A stretch of DNA of 64,000 bases from Phormidesmis sp. (lineage in GTDB: Bacteria; Cyanobacteriota; Cyanobacteriia; Leptolyngbyales; Leptolyngbyaceae). The position numbers were made by a program, and so were the translations under genes. Every line of letters begins with the position of its first letter. Positions within the stretch are counted from its first letter, which is position 1. The notes beneath the pieces are model-generated. The model did no database searches, was not told the DNA's origin, and saw only the letters and a program-made list of their open reading frames with translations. Of this stretch, positions 20,076-30,811 are shown one piece after another. The stretch is from positions 160,001 through 224,000 of the forward strand of contig CBDFJR010000005.1 of the NCBI GenBank assembly GCA_965248535.1. Direction: 5' to 3'.

Positions 20076-21194
20076 ATGAACCCAGGAATCGACCTTCAAG
20101 GAACTTTTATTGAATCTGTCAAAGGTTTTAGCATCCCCCCTGGGGCTGCGAGAGCACTTTGGTTGCCTTTGCCGATGCTGATCGTGCTGGTAGCTGCAAC
20201 CGTGAGTGTGTTGGCATCGGTTTGGCTAGAGCGAAAAATTTCTGCTGCTGCCCAACAGCGAATCGGCCCAGAATTCATGGGCCCGTTGGGCATTTTGGCT
20301 CCTTTAGCAGACGGGCTAAAACTAGTTTTTAAAGAAGACACTACACCGTCGAAAGCAGATGGGCTGTTGTTTACGCTGGGCCCGGCGATCGTCGTTATTC
20401 CCGTTTTTCTCTCCTACCTGATTGTCCCGTTTGGGCAAAATCTGCTCATTGCCGATGTCGGAATGGGCGTGTTTTTGTGGATTGCGCTGTCGAGCATCGT
20501 CCCGATCGGGCTATTGATGTCGGGCTATGCCTCTAATAATAAATATTCGCTGCTGGGGGGTCTGCGCGCTGCCGCCCAATCGATTAGCTATGAGTTGCCT
20601 TTGGCGCTGTCGGTGCTGGCGATCGTCATGATGTCTGGCTCCCTCAGCACCGTGGATATCGTGCAGCAGCAGTCAGGCTACGGCATTTTGGGCTGGAATA
20701 TTTGGCGGCAGCCCGTCGGGTTTCTGATTTTCTGGATTGCGGCCCTGGCTGAATGTGAGCGCATTCCCTTTGACTTGCCAGAGGCTGAAGAAGAACTGGT
20801 GGCAGGCTATCAGACTGAATATTCGGGCATGAAGTTTGCTCTTTTCTATCTGGGGTCTTATGTCAACCTCACCCTGTCGGCGCTGCTGTTTGCAATTCTC
20901 TATCTCGGCGGCTGGGAGTTTCCGGTGAGTGTCGGCACGATCGCTAGCTGGATTGGAGTCAGCGAAAACACGCCTTGGCTGCAAGTGGTCACGGCCACGA
21001 TCGGCATCACCATGACCTTGTTAAAGGCTTACTTCTTAGTATTCATCGCGATTTTGATGCGCTGGACGGTTCCCCGCGTCCGCATTGACCAATTGCTAGA
21101 CTTGGGATGGAAGTTTCTGCTCCCCGTTTCGCTGGTCAACTTACTGCTGACGGCTGGCCTAAAGCTGGCGTTTCCTGTTGCCTTTGGCGGTTAA
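20076..21194 (+). CDS. ndhA: NDH-1 subunit A (NuoH)
   Basis: [38 protein letters not shown] 20076 gives the typical MNPGIDLQ start. Confidence 0.97.
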   Translation: MNPGIDLQGTFIESVKGFSIPPGAARALWLPLPMLIVLVAATVSVLASVWLERKISAAAQQRIGPEFMGPLGILAPLADGLKLVFKEDTTPSKADGLLFTLGPAIVVIPVFLSYLIVPFGQNLLIADVGMGVFLWIALSSIVPIGLLMSGYASNNKYSLLGGLRAAAQSISYELPLALSVLAIVMMSGSLSTVDIVQQQSGYGILGWNIWRQPVGFLIFWIAALAECERIPFDLPEAEEELVAGYQTEYSGMKFALFYLGSYVNLTLSALLFAILYLGGWEFPVSVGTIASWIGVSENTPWLQVVTATIGITMTLLKAYFLVFIAILMRWTVPRVRIDQLLDLGWKFLLPVSLVNLLLTAGLKLAFPVAFGG

Positions 21195-21227
21195 GCTCCC
21201 TCCCCTACCCCTTTTAAGCGGAGAACA

Positions 21228-21824
21228 TTGATGCTCAAGTTTCTTAAGCAAGTTGGTGACTACACCAAAGAGGCGTTTCAGGCGGGCAAATATATCGGTC
21301 AGGGGCTATCTGTGACCTTTGACCACATGCGCCGCCGCCCGATCACCGTTCAATATCCCTACGAAAAGCTGATTCTCTCAGAGCGATTTCGCGGACGAAT
21401 TCACTTTGAGTTTGACAAGTGCATTTCTTGCGAAGTCTGTGTGCGAGTGTGCCCGATCAACCTGCCCGTGGTCGATTGGGACTTTAACAAAGAAACCAAG
21501 AAAAAGCAGCTTAAGCACTACAGTATTGACTTTGGAGTCTGCATTTTTTGCGGCAACTGTGTCGAATATTGTCCGACTAACTGTTTGTCGATGACCGAAG
21601 AATATGAGATGTCAACCTACGATCGCCACGAGCTAAATTACGATAGCGTGGCGTTAGGTCGTCTGCCTTATAAAGTCACCGATGACCCGATGGTGACTCC
21701 GTTGAGAGAGTTTGCTTACCTGCCCAAAGGGGTGTTTGACCCTCACGATCTCCCCGCAGGTTCGCGCCGTTCTGGGTTGCGTCCAGAAGAAATTTTAGAC
21801 AAAGAACCCCAAGAACAGGAGTAA
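21228..21824 (+). CDS. ndhI: NDH-1 subunit I
   Basis: Two CxxCxxCxxxCP ferredoxin motifs. Confidence 0.97.
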   Translation: MMLKFLKQVGDYTKEAFQAGKYIGQGLSVTFDHMRRRPITVQYPYEKLILSERFRGRIHFEFDKCISCEVCVRVCPINLPVVDWDFNKETKKKQLKHYSIDFGVCIFCGNCVEYCPTNCLSMTEEYEMSTYDRHELNYDSVALGRLPYKVTDDPMVTPLREFAYLPKGVFDPHDLPAGSRRSGLRPEEILDKEPQEQE

Positions 21825-21829
21825 AGAGC

Positions 21830-22444
21830 GTGAATTTAGCCGAAGGAGTTCAAATCGTCTCGCTGGGCGTGCTGGCGTTGATGATGGTGGGGTCTGCTTT
21901 GGGTGTGGTGCTGTTGAGCAATATCGTCTATTCAGCGTTCTTGCTGGGCGGTGTGTTTATCAGCATTGCGGGACTGTATCTGCTGCTCAATGCCGACTTT
22001 GTGGCGGCGGCTCAGGTCTTGATCTACGTCGGAGCGGTTAACGTGCTGATTTTGTTTGCCATCATGCTGGTCAACAAGCGCGAAGACTTTAAAGTAGTGC
22101 CGAGAATCTGGATCAGGCAGGTGGCGACAGCATTTGTGTGTTTGGGCATTTTTGCTCTGCTGGGCACGATGGTGGTGACGACTCCTTGGGCGATCTCAAC
22201 CGAAACGGCGGCCGGAGACTCTTCGATCGTCCGCATCGGTCTCCATTTCTTTAGTGATTTTCTCTTGCCTTTTGAGTTGGCTTCGATCTTGCTGCTGATG
22301 GCGCTGGTGGGCGCGATCGTGCTAGCTCGTCGAGAGTTTCTGCCCGAAACTGAGCTTGAGTCAGACGGCACTGAGTCGCTAACCTTGCCAGAGCGCCCTC
22401 GTGAGTTAATCACCACAGGTCGCGCTGACACCACTATTCAATAA
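21830..22444 (+). CDS. ndhG: NDH-1 subunit G (NuoJ)
   Basis: [20 protein letters not shown] and LPFELAS. Confidence 0.97.
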   Translation: MNLAEGVQIVSLGVLALMMVGSALGVVLLSNIVYSAFLLGGVFISIAGLYLLLNADFVAAAQVLIYVGAVNVLILFAIMLVNKREDFKVVPRIWIRQVATAFVCLGIFALLGTMVVTTPWAISTETAAGDSSIVRIGLHFFSDFLLPFELASILLLMALVGAIVLARREFLPETELESDGTESLTLPERPRELITTGRADTTIQ

Positions 22445-22455
22445 GGGTTGAGATT

Positions 22456-22761
22456 ATGCAACTTCAGTACTTTTTACTTCTGGCGGCGGCGCTGTTTTGC
22501 ATTGGCATTTATGGACTGATTACGAGCCGCAATGCTGTGCGGGTGTTGATGTCGATCGAGCTAATGCTGAATGCAGTCAACCTTAATCTGATGGCGTTTT
22601 CTAACTATCTCGACCCGCAGACGATTAAAGGTCAGGTTTTCACTATTTTTGTGATCACGATCGCGGCGGCCGAAGCGGCCGTTGGGTTGGCGATCGTGCT
22701 AGCCATCTACCGCAACCGCAACACGGTCGATATGGAGCAGTTCAACTTGCTCAAGTGGTAG
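22456..22761 (+). CDS. ndhE: NDH-1 subunit E (NuoK)
   Basis: [12 protein letters not shown] and [10 protein letters not shown]. Confidence 0.97.
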   Translation: MQLQYFLLLAAALFCIGIYGLITSRNAVRVLMSIELMLNAVNLNLMAFSNYLDPQTIKGQVFTIFVITIAAAEAAVGLAIVLAIYRNRNTVDMEQFNLLKW

Positions 22762-22789
22762 TAGATATCCCAATTTGATTTGTAATGTT

Positions 22790-22820
22790 AAGGGCGCAAG
22801 CAATTGCGCCTTTATTTTTT
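22790..22820 (+). terminator. Intrinsic terminator of the ndh operon
   Basis: AAGGGCGCAA-GCAA-TTGCGCCTTT hairpin followed by ATTTTTT. Confidence 0.7.
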
Positions 22821-22921
22821 AGGGTGATTTTGCGGTGATTTTTGCTGGTTGCTTCTATGATCAGAAGCACTCAAATCAAGTTTCCTTCAGCCCACCCTTT
22901 TCGTCGCTGAATTTGCCCTCT

Positions 22922-24790
22922 ATGCCTGAGACCTCTCCCCTTTACGATCGCTATTTAGCCCTCATTGATCAGATTGTGCAACTCACGCTCAAGGGCAGCA
23001 TTCGCTCTAAAGAGCAGGTTTATCAAATGCTGCTGCAAGAAGCCGAACCGGGCACCGGAGAAGAATTTGAGCACTGCTTGCGCGATCGCTTCACCACCAC
23101 ACAGCGACAAGCCGACGATCCTCAAAACGAGGCCAAACAAGCGCGGGCAACTCGTTCTTTAAGGGCGCTGCAAACTATTCAGGGCGAGTGGGATCGCTGG
23201 CAAACTCAAACGCGATCGCGAGAAGCGATCGTCAGCGCGCTCCACCAGATCACGCAGGCAGATTCGACGCAGCGCCTGCTGGCTTTTCTCAAATTCACTG
23301 ACCCAAATCATCCTCAAAAGCTTGCGCCTGAGCAGCTTAAACAACTGGCAGCTACCTTGCGTCAGTCGCCGATTTCCGATCCGACGTTAAAAGAAGATCT
23401 GGGGCAGATCGCTGACGGCATTTCTCGTGGGCTAGAGTCTTGGCAACCCCTGCAAGATCATCTGATTAGCTGGATCTATGATCCCGATCAACTCGGATTT
23501 GAAGGCGCGTCTGGGCAAAGCAACCCCTGGGCAACTTGGGCAAAACAGCCGATCGGGGCGGTGCCAAAATCGCTGTTTCAGGCGCTCTATGAGCAGCAGT
23601 CTGGCAGCGATTGGGCAGCCAGTCAAACCGAGATGACGCTGGCCGCTTGGGTCGAGTTGGCGATCGTGCTGCAAGCGATCGAGCATGGGCTGGTGGGGTG
23701 GGCCGAAAATCTGGTCTACAACTCTAAAGCGGGGGCAAAACTGGCGATCGCGATTTTTCTCACTTTTGGCGTGATCTGGTCGCAGCTAGCCAATGGCTTT
23801 AGCCGATCGACCTCGCTGAATTCGCTGACTCGCGATCGCTACACCGAAGCCGCCTTTCGCATCACTCTGCAAGGTCTGCGGGTCTTTTCTCAACGCGATT
23901 ATTTTCCGCTCTATGGCACGGTGTTTGCCTCGTTTACGGGTGGATATTTCCGCAACGCCATGAGCTACCTGAGTGAGCCGCTCAACCGCGCTGAAGGCAC
24001 GCAAGAAAAAGCGCGAATTCTGACCTTGTTGGGGTCATCGCAGCGAGTGCGAGGCCCGCTCGACTTGGCCAAAGAAATGCACTCCACGGCGAGAGACATT
24101 GCTCAGGAGGCGGGCGATCGTCCCTGTGAGATTGCCAACCTCAACCACCTGAGCCGGATTGGAGTGATCGAAAAAGCCTACGCAGAGGCGATCAGCTACA
24201 GCCAACGAGCGCTGATGTTAAGTCGGCAGAGCGGCGATCGCATGGGAGAAGCCAACGCCCTCGCTAATTTGGGCTATGGCGAAGTGTTTCAAGCCCAGCA
24301 GCTTGAGTCGGCACCAGAGGTTTATGAAACCGCGATCGCCTATTTAGAACAAGGACTTGAACTCTCAGAGCGATTGGGAGACGGGCAGAGTAAAGCACTT
24401 TGCTACACCAGTTTGGGCAATGCTTACGTCATTTTGGGCGAACCACAAAAAGCGCTGAAGTTCTTAGAAAGCGGCATTCACGCGGCCGAATTTTCCGGCG
24501 ATCTCTACATTCAAGCGATTAATTTGGCGCAGCTTGGCGAAGCCTTCTATCAGCTAGAAGCCTATGGCAAAGCGGTGTTATCCGCTTCTCTGGCGATGTA
24601 TAAGCTTGAACAAATGGGGTCTAACGATTGGCGACAGAGTGCTGGGTTGCTGACTGTTTTGCAAGGGCGATTGGGTGAGTCGTTTCAGTCAGTTTTAGCA
24701 GGGCAGCGATCGCAGCTTCTAGAAATAATTGGGGTCGATGGCTATGACTATCTAGCCGAGTTGTTAGAACGATATCGCACGTCGTCGTGA
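22922..24790 (+). CDS. Tetratricopeptide-repeat protein
   Basis: Repeated GDRxxEA-LxNLG TPR-like units in the C-terminal half; ATG 22922 preferred to GTG 22835. Confidence 0.8.
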   Translation: MPETSPLYDRYLALIDQIVQLTLKGSIRSKEQVYQMLLQEAEPGTGEEFEHCLRDRFTTTQRQADDPQNEAKQARATRSLRALQTIQGEWDRWQTQTRSREAIVSALHQITQADSTQRLLAFLKFTDPNHPQKLAPEQLKQLAATLRQSPISDPTLKEDLGQIADGISRGLESWQPLQDHLISWIYDPDQLGFEGASGQSNPWATWAKQPIGAVPKSLFQALYEQQSGSDWAASQTEMTLAAWVELAIVLQAIEHGLVGWAENLVYNSKAGAKLAIAIFLTFGVIWSQLANGFSRSTSLNSLTRDRYTEAAFRITLQGLRVFSQRDYFPLYGTVFASFTGGYFRNAMSYLSEPLNRAEGTQEKARILTLLGSSQRVRGPLDLAKEMHSTARDIAQEAGDRPCEIANLNHLSRIGVIEKAYAEAISYSQRALMLSRQSGDRMGEANALANLGYGEVFQAQQLESAPEVYETAIAYLEQGLELSERLGDGQSKALCYTSLGNAYVILGEPQKALKFLESGIHAAEFSGDLYIQAINLAQLGEAFYQLEAYGKAVLSASLAMYKLEQMGSNDWRQSAGLLTVLQGRLGESFQSVLAGQRSQLLEIIGVDGYDYLAELLERYRTSS

Positions 24791-24923
24791 GCAGGCGATC
24801 TAGGTCACTGACGAGCGTCTGAAATAGTGCCACTTCGAGAAGAGTAACAACCCTCCGTCAGTCCTTTATGTGGCTTGTAATACTAAAGGCTGTGAACTCT
24901 TTCAACCTGAGGCTGTGAATTCG

Positions 24924-25343
24924 ATGAAATCCCATAAGCGTTGGTCAGTGGTGCCCACGGCGATCGCTGCCGTTCTCACTCTTGCAGGGGTTGCCTCTAG
25001 TCAAATGGTGGCGGTTTCCCCAAACTCTTCAAAAGTGACCCTTGATGGCACCTCTGGGGGGTCTAAAAAAGATCCCGGCTGTGCGGGGTTTATTGCTGAC
25101 GTGCCCAACCACACGATTCAAGTCACCGCAGACAGCAACCTGCTCTTCAGCCTCCAGGGTGCGGGTCAGCCGACGCTGCTGATCACGGGGGCGCAGGGGC
25201 AAACCGTCTGTGTGCAGGCTGATAGTCTATCAGGGGGCAAAATTGAGGTTCCGGGGCGCTGGAGCAAGGGCACCTATTCGGTTTATGTTGGCGATCGTGC
25301 TCAGGGTCGCAATCCCTACAAGCTATCGATTATTCCTAGATAA
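24924..25343 (+). CDS. Secreted hypothetical protein (possible PPC-like beta-sandwich)
   Basis: Signal peptide; CAGFI...PNH and GTYSVYVGD. Confidence 0.65.
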   Translation: MKSHKRWSVVPTAIAAVLTLAGVASSQMVAVSPNSSKVTLDGTSGGSKKDPGCAGFIADVPNHTIQVTADSNLLFSLQGAGQPTLLITGAQGQTVCVQADSLSGGKIEVPGRWSKGTYSVYVGDRAQGRNPYKLSIIPR

Positions 25344-25368
25344 GGTCGGTAGGTAAGCTAGACAGGCT

Positions 25369-25408
25369 AAGCGGACAGGAGTTTGATTCTTCTGTCCGCT
25401 TGATTTTG
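25369..25408. terminator. Hairpin between convergent genes
   Basis: AAGCGGACAG...CTGTCCGCTT stem followed by GATTTT. Confidence 0.6.
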
Positions 25409-25456
25409 TGAAAATCTGGTTTTGAGCCTCCACGATCGCTAAAGAGCATCGGTTGC

Positions 25457-25858
25457 TTAGGGGCGTTGCCCTAAGCGATTGATCACCTTTAAGAGTTCAT
25501 CAAAGGCCACGTCTTTTTTGCAAAAGGCATCCACCTTCGCAGTTTGCAGCATCACTTCAGTCTGCGGATCTTCTAGAGATGAATAGGCCAGAATCTTGAT
25601 GTTGGGATGGTCAATTTTAATTTGAGTTGATGCGCTCAACCCATCCATCACGGGCATCTGCAAGTCGATGACAATGACATCGGGCAAGTAACGATTGGCC
25701 ATTTCGACCGCTTCTTTCCCGTTGCTTGCCAGACCTACTAACTCGATTCCAACCTGCTGCAAGGCGTGCTTGAGGCTGATACGGGTTAGCTCATGATCAT
25801 CGACGACTAATACACGCAACACTTGACGCTCACAAGACAGCATTTGAACCTGGGACAT
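25457..25858 (-). CDS. Stand-alone receiver-domain response regulator
   Basis: VLVVDDH, IDLQMPVMDG; no output domain. Confidence 0.9.
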   Translation of the reverse strand: MSQVQMLSCERQVLRVLVVDDHELTRISLKHALQQVGIELVGLASNGKEAVEMANRYLPDVIVIDLQMPVMDGLSASTQIKIDHPNIKILAYSSLEDPQTEVMLQTAKVDAFCKKDVAFDELLKVINRLGQRP

Positions 25859-25964
25859 GGATCTTTGATAGCTAGGTAGAGTGTAGCCGTTTCTACATAC
25901 TGAGTCCTCTACCGCAAGGGTTAGCCAATGCTAAAACTCACCCTATTGCATCTGAAGGCAGGGT

Positions 25965-26954
25965 CTACATCCAGTCTTTGAGCAGAGCCTGACGGCGAGG
26001 GTGGCGCAGTTTTCTCATCGCCTTGGCCTGAATCTGCCGCACCCGCTCACGAGATAGCTGATAGCGCTCACCGATCTCAGTCAGAGTGTAGTGTTGCCCA
26101 TCGGTCAAGCCAAACCGCAGTTTGATGATTTCTCGCTCCCGATCGCTCAAGTGATCTAACACCGAGTTAAGGCGATCGCACAACAGGTTGTGATCGAGCG
26201 ACTGGTTGGGTGCTACATTGTCAGCGTCTTGGATTAGCTGCATTAACTCAGTGTCTTCGTCACGCCCCACCCAAGCATGAAGGGAGAGGGTGCGCTGGCT
26301 TACATCTAAGACTTGCTCTAGTTTGTCTTCATCCATATCTAGTGCCCCAGCCAGTTCTTGCTTAGTAGGCTTCCGTCCTAGAGTCTGGGTGAGGGTCTGC
26401 CGCACTTTGCGAACCTGGTTGAGTTTTTCGACCATGTGAACGGGGAGACGAACCGTTCGAGATTGAGAAGCGATCGCGCGGGTAATGCCCTGGCGAATCC
26501 ACCAATACGCATAGGTTGAGAATTTGTAGCCACGCTCATAATCAAACTTTTCGGCGGCTCTCATCAGCCCCATTGCGCCTTCTTGAATCAAATCTAGAAA
26601 AGGCACTCCACGATTGAGATATTTTTTAGCAATAGAAACCACTAAACGAAGGTTTGCGCGGACGAGTTTGCGCTTGGCCTTCTCACCCTGAGCACCGCCT
26701 TTGGCGATTTCTCTAGCCAGTTCGATCTCTTGCGCTTGAGTCAGCAGGGGGTAGCGGGCCATTTCTCGTAAAAACATCCCCACTGAGTCATCAGTAAGAC
26801 CGAGATAATCGCTGGTTTTTCCTTTGACCGATCGTGACAGAGTTTCTGGATCAAACTCTTCTTTGTCTAAGGATTCCAGTTCAGTCGGGTCAATGTCGAG
26901 ATCAACAGGAACTGAGTCAACCGAAGCGGGGGTGGTAGGAACTTTAGTTGTCAT
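25965..26954 (-). CDS. RpoD-like sigma-70 factor (probably group 2)
   Basis: [41 protein letters not shown]. Confidence 0.92.
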   Translation of the reverse strand: MTTKVPTTPASVDSVPVDLDIDPTELESLDKEEFDPETLSRSVKGKTSDYLGLTDDSVGMFLREMARYPLLTQAQEIELAREIAKGGAQGEKAKRKLVRANLRLVVSIAKKYLNRGVPFLDLIQEGAMGLMRAAEKFDYERGYKFSTYAYWWIRQGITRAIASQSRTVRLPVHMVEKLNQVRKVRQTLTQTLGRKPTKQELAGALDMDEDKLEQVLDVSQRTLSLHAWVGRDEDTELMQLIQDADNVAPNQSLDHNLLCDRLNSVLDHLSDREREIIKLRFGLTDGQHYTLTEIGERYQLSRERVRQIQAKAMRKLRHPRRQALLKDWM

Positions 26955-27386
26955 TGGGTTGGGGGCAAGGTTGCTAATTTATATTCAAAAATTTGAATCC
27001 AACTGTAGCTTACTTTTTGGTCATTGTTCACATCTTTTTTGAGAAAGATTGGCTTTTTTGAATGTTTTTTTATTTGAAGTTGTTATTTCTGGTTTATGAG
27101 CCGAAAATTCATCTTTTTTTAACCCGATTTCCGTGCCTTTACGGAAGAAATAGGGGTGCCTGAAAGCGCTATAGTAAGCAGTTTTGTTGATTAAGGGTGT
27201 TGAGTTTGGAGAATGGCTGCACCGATCAAGACGGGAACTATTTTGAAAACAAAGATCTCAAACAAAACAATAGGCAACTGGAATGGATTACCCGTTGCCT
27301 ATGAGTCACTTCTCTAGGAGTTTTCTTCAGTTCAATCGATCAAACGTAGTGGCTTCTCTAGAGTCTGACCACTCATCTCTGTCTCT

Positions 27387-29552
27387 TTATGTAGCGGTTG
27401 CCTGCTGGGCCATCTCCATAAAGATTTTTTGTGAGCTTTGCTCTGGGCTGCCGTTGAGCGGGCGACGCTGAACATATCGCCCGTCGGGCTGCAAATCCCA
27501 CGCGTGGCGGTTGTCTGCCAGCATGATGCCGAGAATTTCTTCGAGATCTTTGATTAGGTCAGGGTCTGCGATCGGCACCACGGCTTCGACCCGTCGATCG
27601 AGGTTGCGGGGCATCCAGTCAGCACTGCCCATTAAGATTTCTTCTTGACCATTGTTATGGAAGTAAAAAATCCGAGAATGTTCCAGAAATCGCCCCACAA
27701 TGCTGACGACGCGAATATTTTCGCTGATCTCTTTGACACCGGGGCGCAAACAGCAGATGCCCCGCACGATTAGATCGACTGAGACTCCGGCTTGAGAGGC
27801 TTCATAGAGGGCCACGATCAGTCTAGGGTCAACGAGGGCGTTCATTTTGGCTACGATGCGCCCGTGCCCCCCCCCGCGCTGATGATCGATTTCGCGTTGG
27901 ATCAGAGCTAGGAGGCGATCGCGCAAGTTGACTGGAGCCACCACTAATTTTCGATAAGACTGCTGGCGCGAGTGGCCGGTCAAATGGTTAAATAACTCCG
28001 TCAGATCAGCGCCGAGATCTGGATGGCAGCTAAACAGACCCAGATCAGTGTAAAGTCGGGCGGTTTTAGGATTGTAATTTCCGGTGCCGATGTGGACATA
28101 GCGCCGAATTTTCCCCTCTTCGCGACGCACGATTAAGACGAGTTTGGTGTGGGTTTTGAGACCGACTAGCCCATAGACAACGTGGACTCCGGCACTTTCT
28201 AGCTTTCTGGCCCAGAGAATGTTGTTTTCTTCGTCAAATCGGGCTTTGAGTTCGACGAGGGCGGCGACTTGTTTGCCGTTTTCAGCCGCCGCGATCAGCG
28301 CGCTAACGATCGGAGAGTCGCCAGAGGTGCGATAGAGGGTCATCTTGATGGCCAAGACGTTGGGGTCATAGGCTGCCTCGGTGATAAATCGCTGCACACT
28401 TCTAGAAAACGAGTCGTAGGGGTGGTGCACCATCAAGTCTTGTTTGCGAATTACGGCAAAAAAGTCTTCTTCGCTCTCGTCTAGATCTTCGATCGCGGTT
28501 TCATTAACCCGCTTGAGGCGGGGCGGAGTGACCGGACTCCAGGGCGGATCTTTGAGGTCGGGCGCGGGCAGATCTGCTAGCCCAAACATATCTCGCAGAC
28601 AAAGCAATCCTTCGACTTCATAGACATCGTTGGCGGTTAAGCCCATCTCTTGCATGAGCATGATGCGGATGCTTTCGGGCATGGAGGGCTGAAGCTCAAT
28701 GCGAACCACTGAACCCCCAAAGCGGCGTTTTCGCAACTCTTGCTCGATCGCCAGCATCAAGTCTTCGGCTTCGTCTTCTTCAAGGTCTAAATCGGCGTTG
28801 CGGGTGATGCGAAATGGGTAATATTCTTGAATCTTCATGCCCGGAAAGAGCGGATCGAGGTTGTGGGCGATCACTTGCTCTAAAGGCACGCCTGCCCAGA
28901 CCGGAGGACGAGATTTTGGCAACGCGGCGGGTGACCCTTGAGTCTCGATCGGCAACTGAATAAATCGAGGCAACACCTTGGGCACTTTCACCCTGGCAAA
29001 TAATTCTTCGCCCGTGATGCTGTCTTTGACTACTACGGCTAAATTCAGGCTGAGACTTGAGATGTAGGGGAAGGGATGGCTGGGGTCGATCGCCAACGGA
29101 GTCAGCACTGGGAACACCTGCTCGGCAAAATAGGTTTGCAGATGGGCGCGCTGCTCTTGATTGAGGTCAATATAGTCGAGTAGATAAATGCCGTGAGCCG
29201 ATAGCTGAGGGCGCAACGCCTGCTCAAAATGACGATGCTGCTTTTCGACCATTGGGCGCAGCCGCTCGTAGATCATGTCTAGGTGCTCTTGGGGTTGTCG
29301 CCCATCGGCACTGACCTTGCTGACGTTTGCTTCAACTTGTTCTTTGAGGGCTGCGACTCTCACCATGAAATATTCATCCAGGTTAGAGCTATAAATGGCC
29401 ATAAACTTGAGCCGCTCTAGCAAGGGGGTGCGAGGGTCAAACGCCTCGTGCAGCACCCGGTTGTTAAACTCTAGCCAACTCATTTCGCGGCTGAAGTAGT
29501 GTTTTGGATCGTTAAGGTTAATGTCTTCGGGTTCTTTTTTACGGCGGCGCAT
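27387..29552 (-). CDS. ppk1: Polyphosphate kinase 1
   Basis: REMSWLEFNNRV, ELKARFDE, KTHTK, GTGNYN, GSADWM. Confidence 0.97.
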   Translation of the reverse strand: MRRRKKEPEDINLNDPKHYFSREMSWLEFNNRVLHEAFDPRTPLLERLKFMAIYSSNLDEYFMVRVAALKEQVEANVSKVSADGRQPQEHLDMIYERLRPMVEKQHRHFEQALRPQLSAHGIYLLDYIDLNQEQRAHLQTYFAEQVFPVLTPLAIDPSHPFPYISSLSLNLAVVVKDSITGEELFARVKVPKVLPRFIQLPIETQGSPAALPKSRPPVWAGVPLEQVIAHNLDPLFPGMKIQEYYPFRITRNADLDLEEDEAEDLMLAIEQELRKRRFGGSVVRIELQPSMPESIRIMLMQEMGLTANDVYEVEGLLCLRDMFGLADLPAPDLKDPPWSPVTPPRLKRVNETAIEDLDESEEDFFAVIRKQDLMVHHPYDSFSRSVQRFITEAAYDPNVLAIKMTLYRTSGDSPIVSALIAAAENGKQVAALVELKARFDEENNILWARKLESAGVHVVYGLVGLKTHTKLVLIVRREEGKIRRYVHIGTGNYNPKTARLYTDLGLFSCHPDLGADLTELFNHLTGHSRQQSYRKLVVAPVNLRDRLLALIQREIDHQRGGGHGRIVAKMNALVDPRLIVALYEASQAGVSVDLIVRGICCLRPGVKEISENIRVVSIVGRFLEHSRIFYFHNNGQEEILMGSADWMPRNLDRRVEAVVPIADPDLIKDLEEILGIMLADNRHAWDLQPDGRYVQRRPLNGSPEQSSQKIFMEMAQQATAT

Positions 29553-29557
29553 AGGGC

Positions 29558-29764
29558 TTAAAATACCTCGTTTTCAAGACCGACCCACCACTCGCCCAAT
29601 CTCATTAAGTCTTGGTGAAGATCAGACAGGGCTGCCTCATAGTCTTCAGATGAGAGGGTGGTTTGGCGCTCTTTTAATTTGATCAGTCGCAGTTGGGCCA
29701 ATAGCCAGGGTTTTGAGAGTCCATCGGTGGCTTCTATGTAGTGGGCGAGTTCGTTGCTGTCCAT
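29558..29764 (-). CDS. Small hypothetical protein
   Basis: 68-aa ORF ending 5 nt before the ppk1 start, probably co-transcribed. Confidence 0.7.
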   Translation of the reverse strand: MDSNELAHYIEATDGLSKPWLLAQLRLIKLKERQTTLSSEDYEAALSDLHQDLMRLGEWWVGLENEVF

Positions 29765-29859
29765 AAAAGGCTGGGGACTTGGGATGTTGAATCAGAATTT
29801 TTACACAATTACCCTATCGTACTCGCTGAATTTATGGGTGTTATCTAGCACAAGTTGCC

Positions 29860-29890
29860 AAAAAAACAGCCACGATCGCTTCGTGGCTGC
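29860..29890 (-). terminator. Intrinsic terminator after sodB
   Basis: CAGCCACGA...TCGTGGCTG stem with an adjacent A-run (U-tract on the minus strand). Confidence 0.7.
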
Positions 29891-29937
29891 CTAACTATCC
29901 GGCTATTTACTTAACCCGGCTATTCTCTTAAGTCTGA

Positions 29938-30537
29938 CTAAGCAGCGAGGTTGTGAGCAACAAAGTCCCAGTTCACCAGCTTGTCTAAGAAGTTGTCGAT
30001 AAACGCGGGGCGCGCATTTTTGAAGTCAATGTAGTAAGCATGTTCCCACACGTCAAGGGTGAGAAGTGCTTTTTGCCCGTGCGCGAGAGGGTTTTCTGCG
30101 TTAGGGGTTTTGACGACTTTGAGGGTGCCGCCATCGTCAACTAGCCAGGCCCAACCGCTGCCAAATTGAGTCGCTGCTGCCGCCTTAAACTCTTCTTTAA
30201 ACTTGTCGTAGCTGCCAAAGTCTTTGGTGATGCGATCGGCAATCTCACCCGTCGGAGCGCCACCGCCACCCGCTTTCAGGCAGTTCCAAAAGAAGCTGTG
30301 GTTCCAAACTTGAGCCGCGTTGTTAAACACCCCAACCTTGGCAGGGTCTTTAAACGAGGTGGTGATGATTTCTTCTAGGGGTTTGCTGTCAAGCTCAGTG
30401 TCTTTGATCAGGTTGTTGAGGTTTGTGACATAGGCAGCGTGGTGCTTGCCGTAGTGATAATCAAACGTTTCTGCCTTCATGCCGTATGGCTCAAGCGCGT
30501 CTTTGGCAAACGGTAAAGGGGGCTGTGTAACTGCCAT
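29938..30537 (-). CDS. sodB: Fe superoxide dismutase
   Basis: HYGKHH, NNAAQVWNH (Fe-type Ala-Gln signature), DVWEHAYY. Confidence 0.95.
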   Translation of the reverse strand: MAVTQPPLPFAKDALEPYGMKAETFDYHYGKHHAAYVTNLNNLIKDTELDSKPLEEIITTSFKDPAKVGVFNNAAQVWNHSFFWNCLKAGGGGAPTGEIADRITKDFGSYDKFKEEFKAAAATQFGSGWAWLVDDGGTLKVVKTPNAENPLAHGQKALLTLDVWEHAYYIDFKNARPAFIDNFLDKLVNWDFVAHNLAA

Positions 30538-30682
30538 CGTGTTCTATCCTCTTCTAGTCTGGTTTCAAGATCTGGCGAACAGAAGTCTTTTCGCATTCTA
30601 TCAAGCTGGTTTCTGTCGTCGCTTAGGCTATGAGAGCGACAGAAACATAACTTCATGTTCAACCTTATCGTAAAACGAAGCG

Positions 30683-30720
30683 TTGATACTCCCCCCTCCC
30701 CTTAGGGCAGGGATTCTTTA
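30683..30720 (-). mobile_element. IS200/IS605-family end-like hairpin (relic)
   Basis: Minus strand AAGAATCCCTGCCCTAAGGGGAGGGGGGAGTATCAA: GC-rich subterminal hairpin ending in TCAA. Confidence 0.55.
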
Positions 30721-30811
30721 ATAGTCCATAAACGCATCTTAAGCGGCGTTGACCCATCCCTACTGACTTCTTCTAGACCTAGCTCTGAGGTAGACGATGG
30801 GCCGTGTCTAG

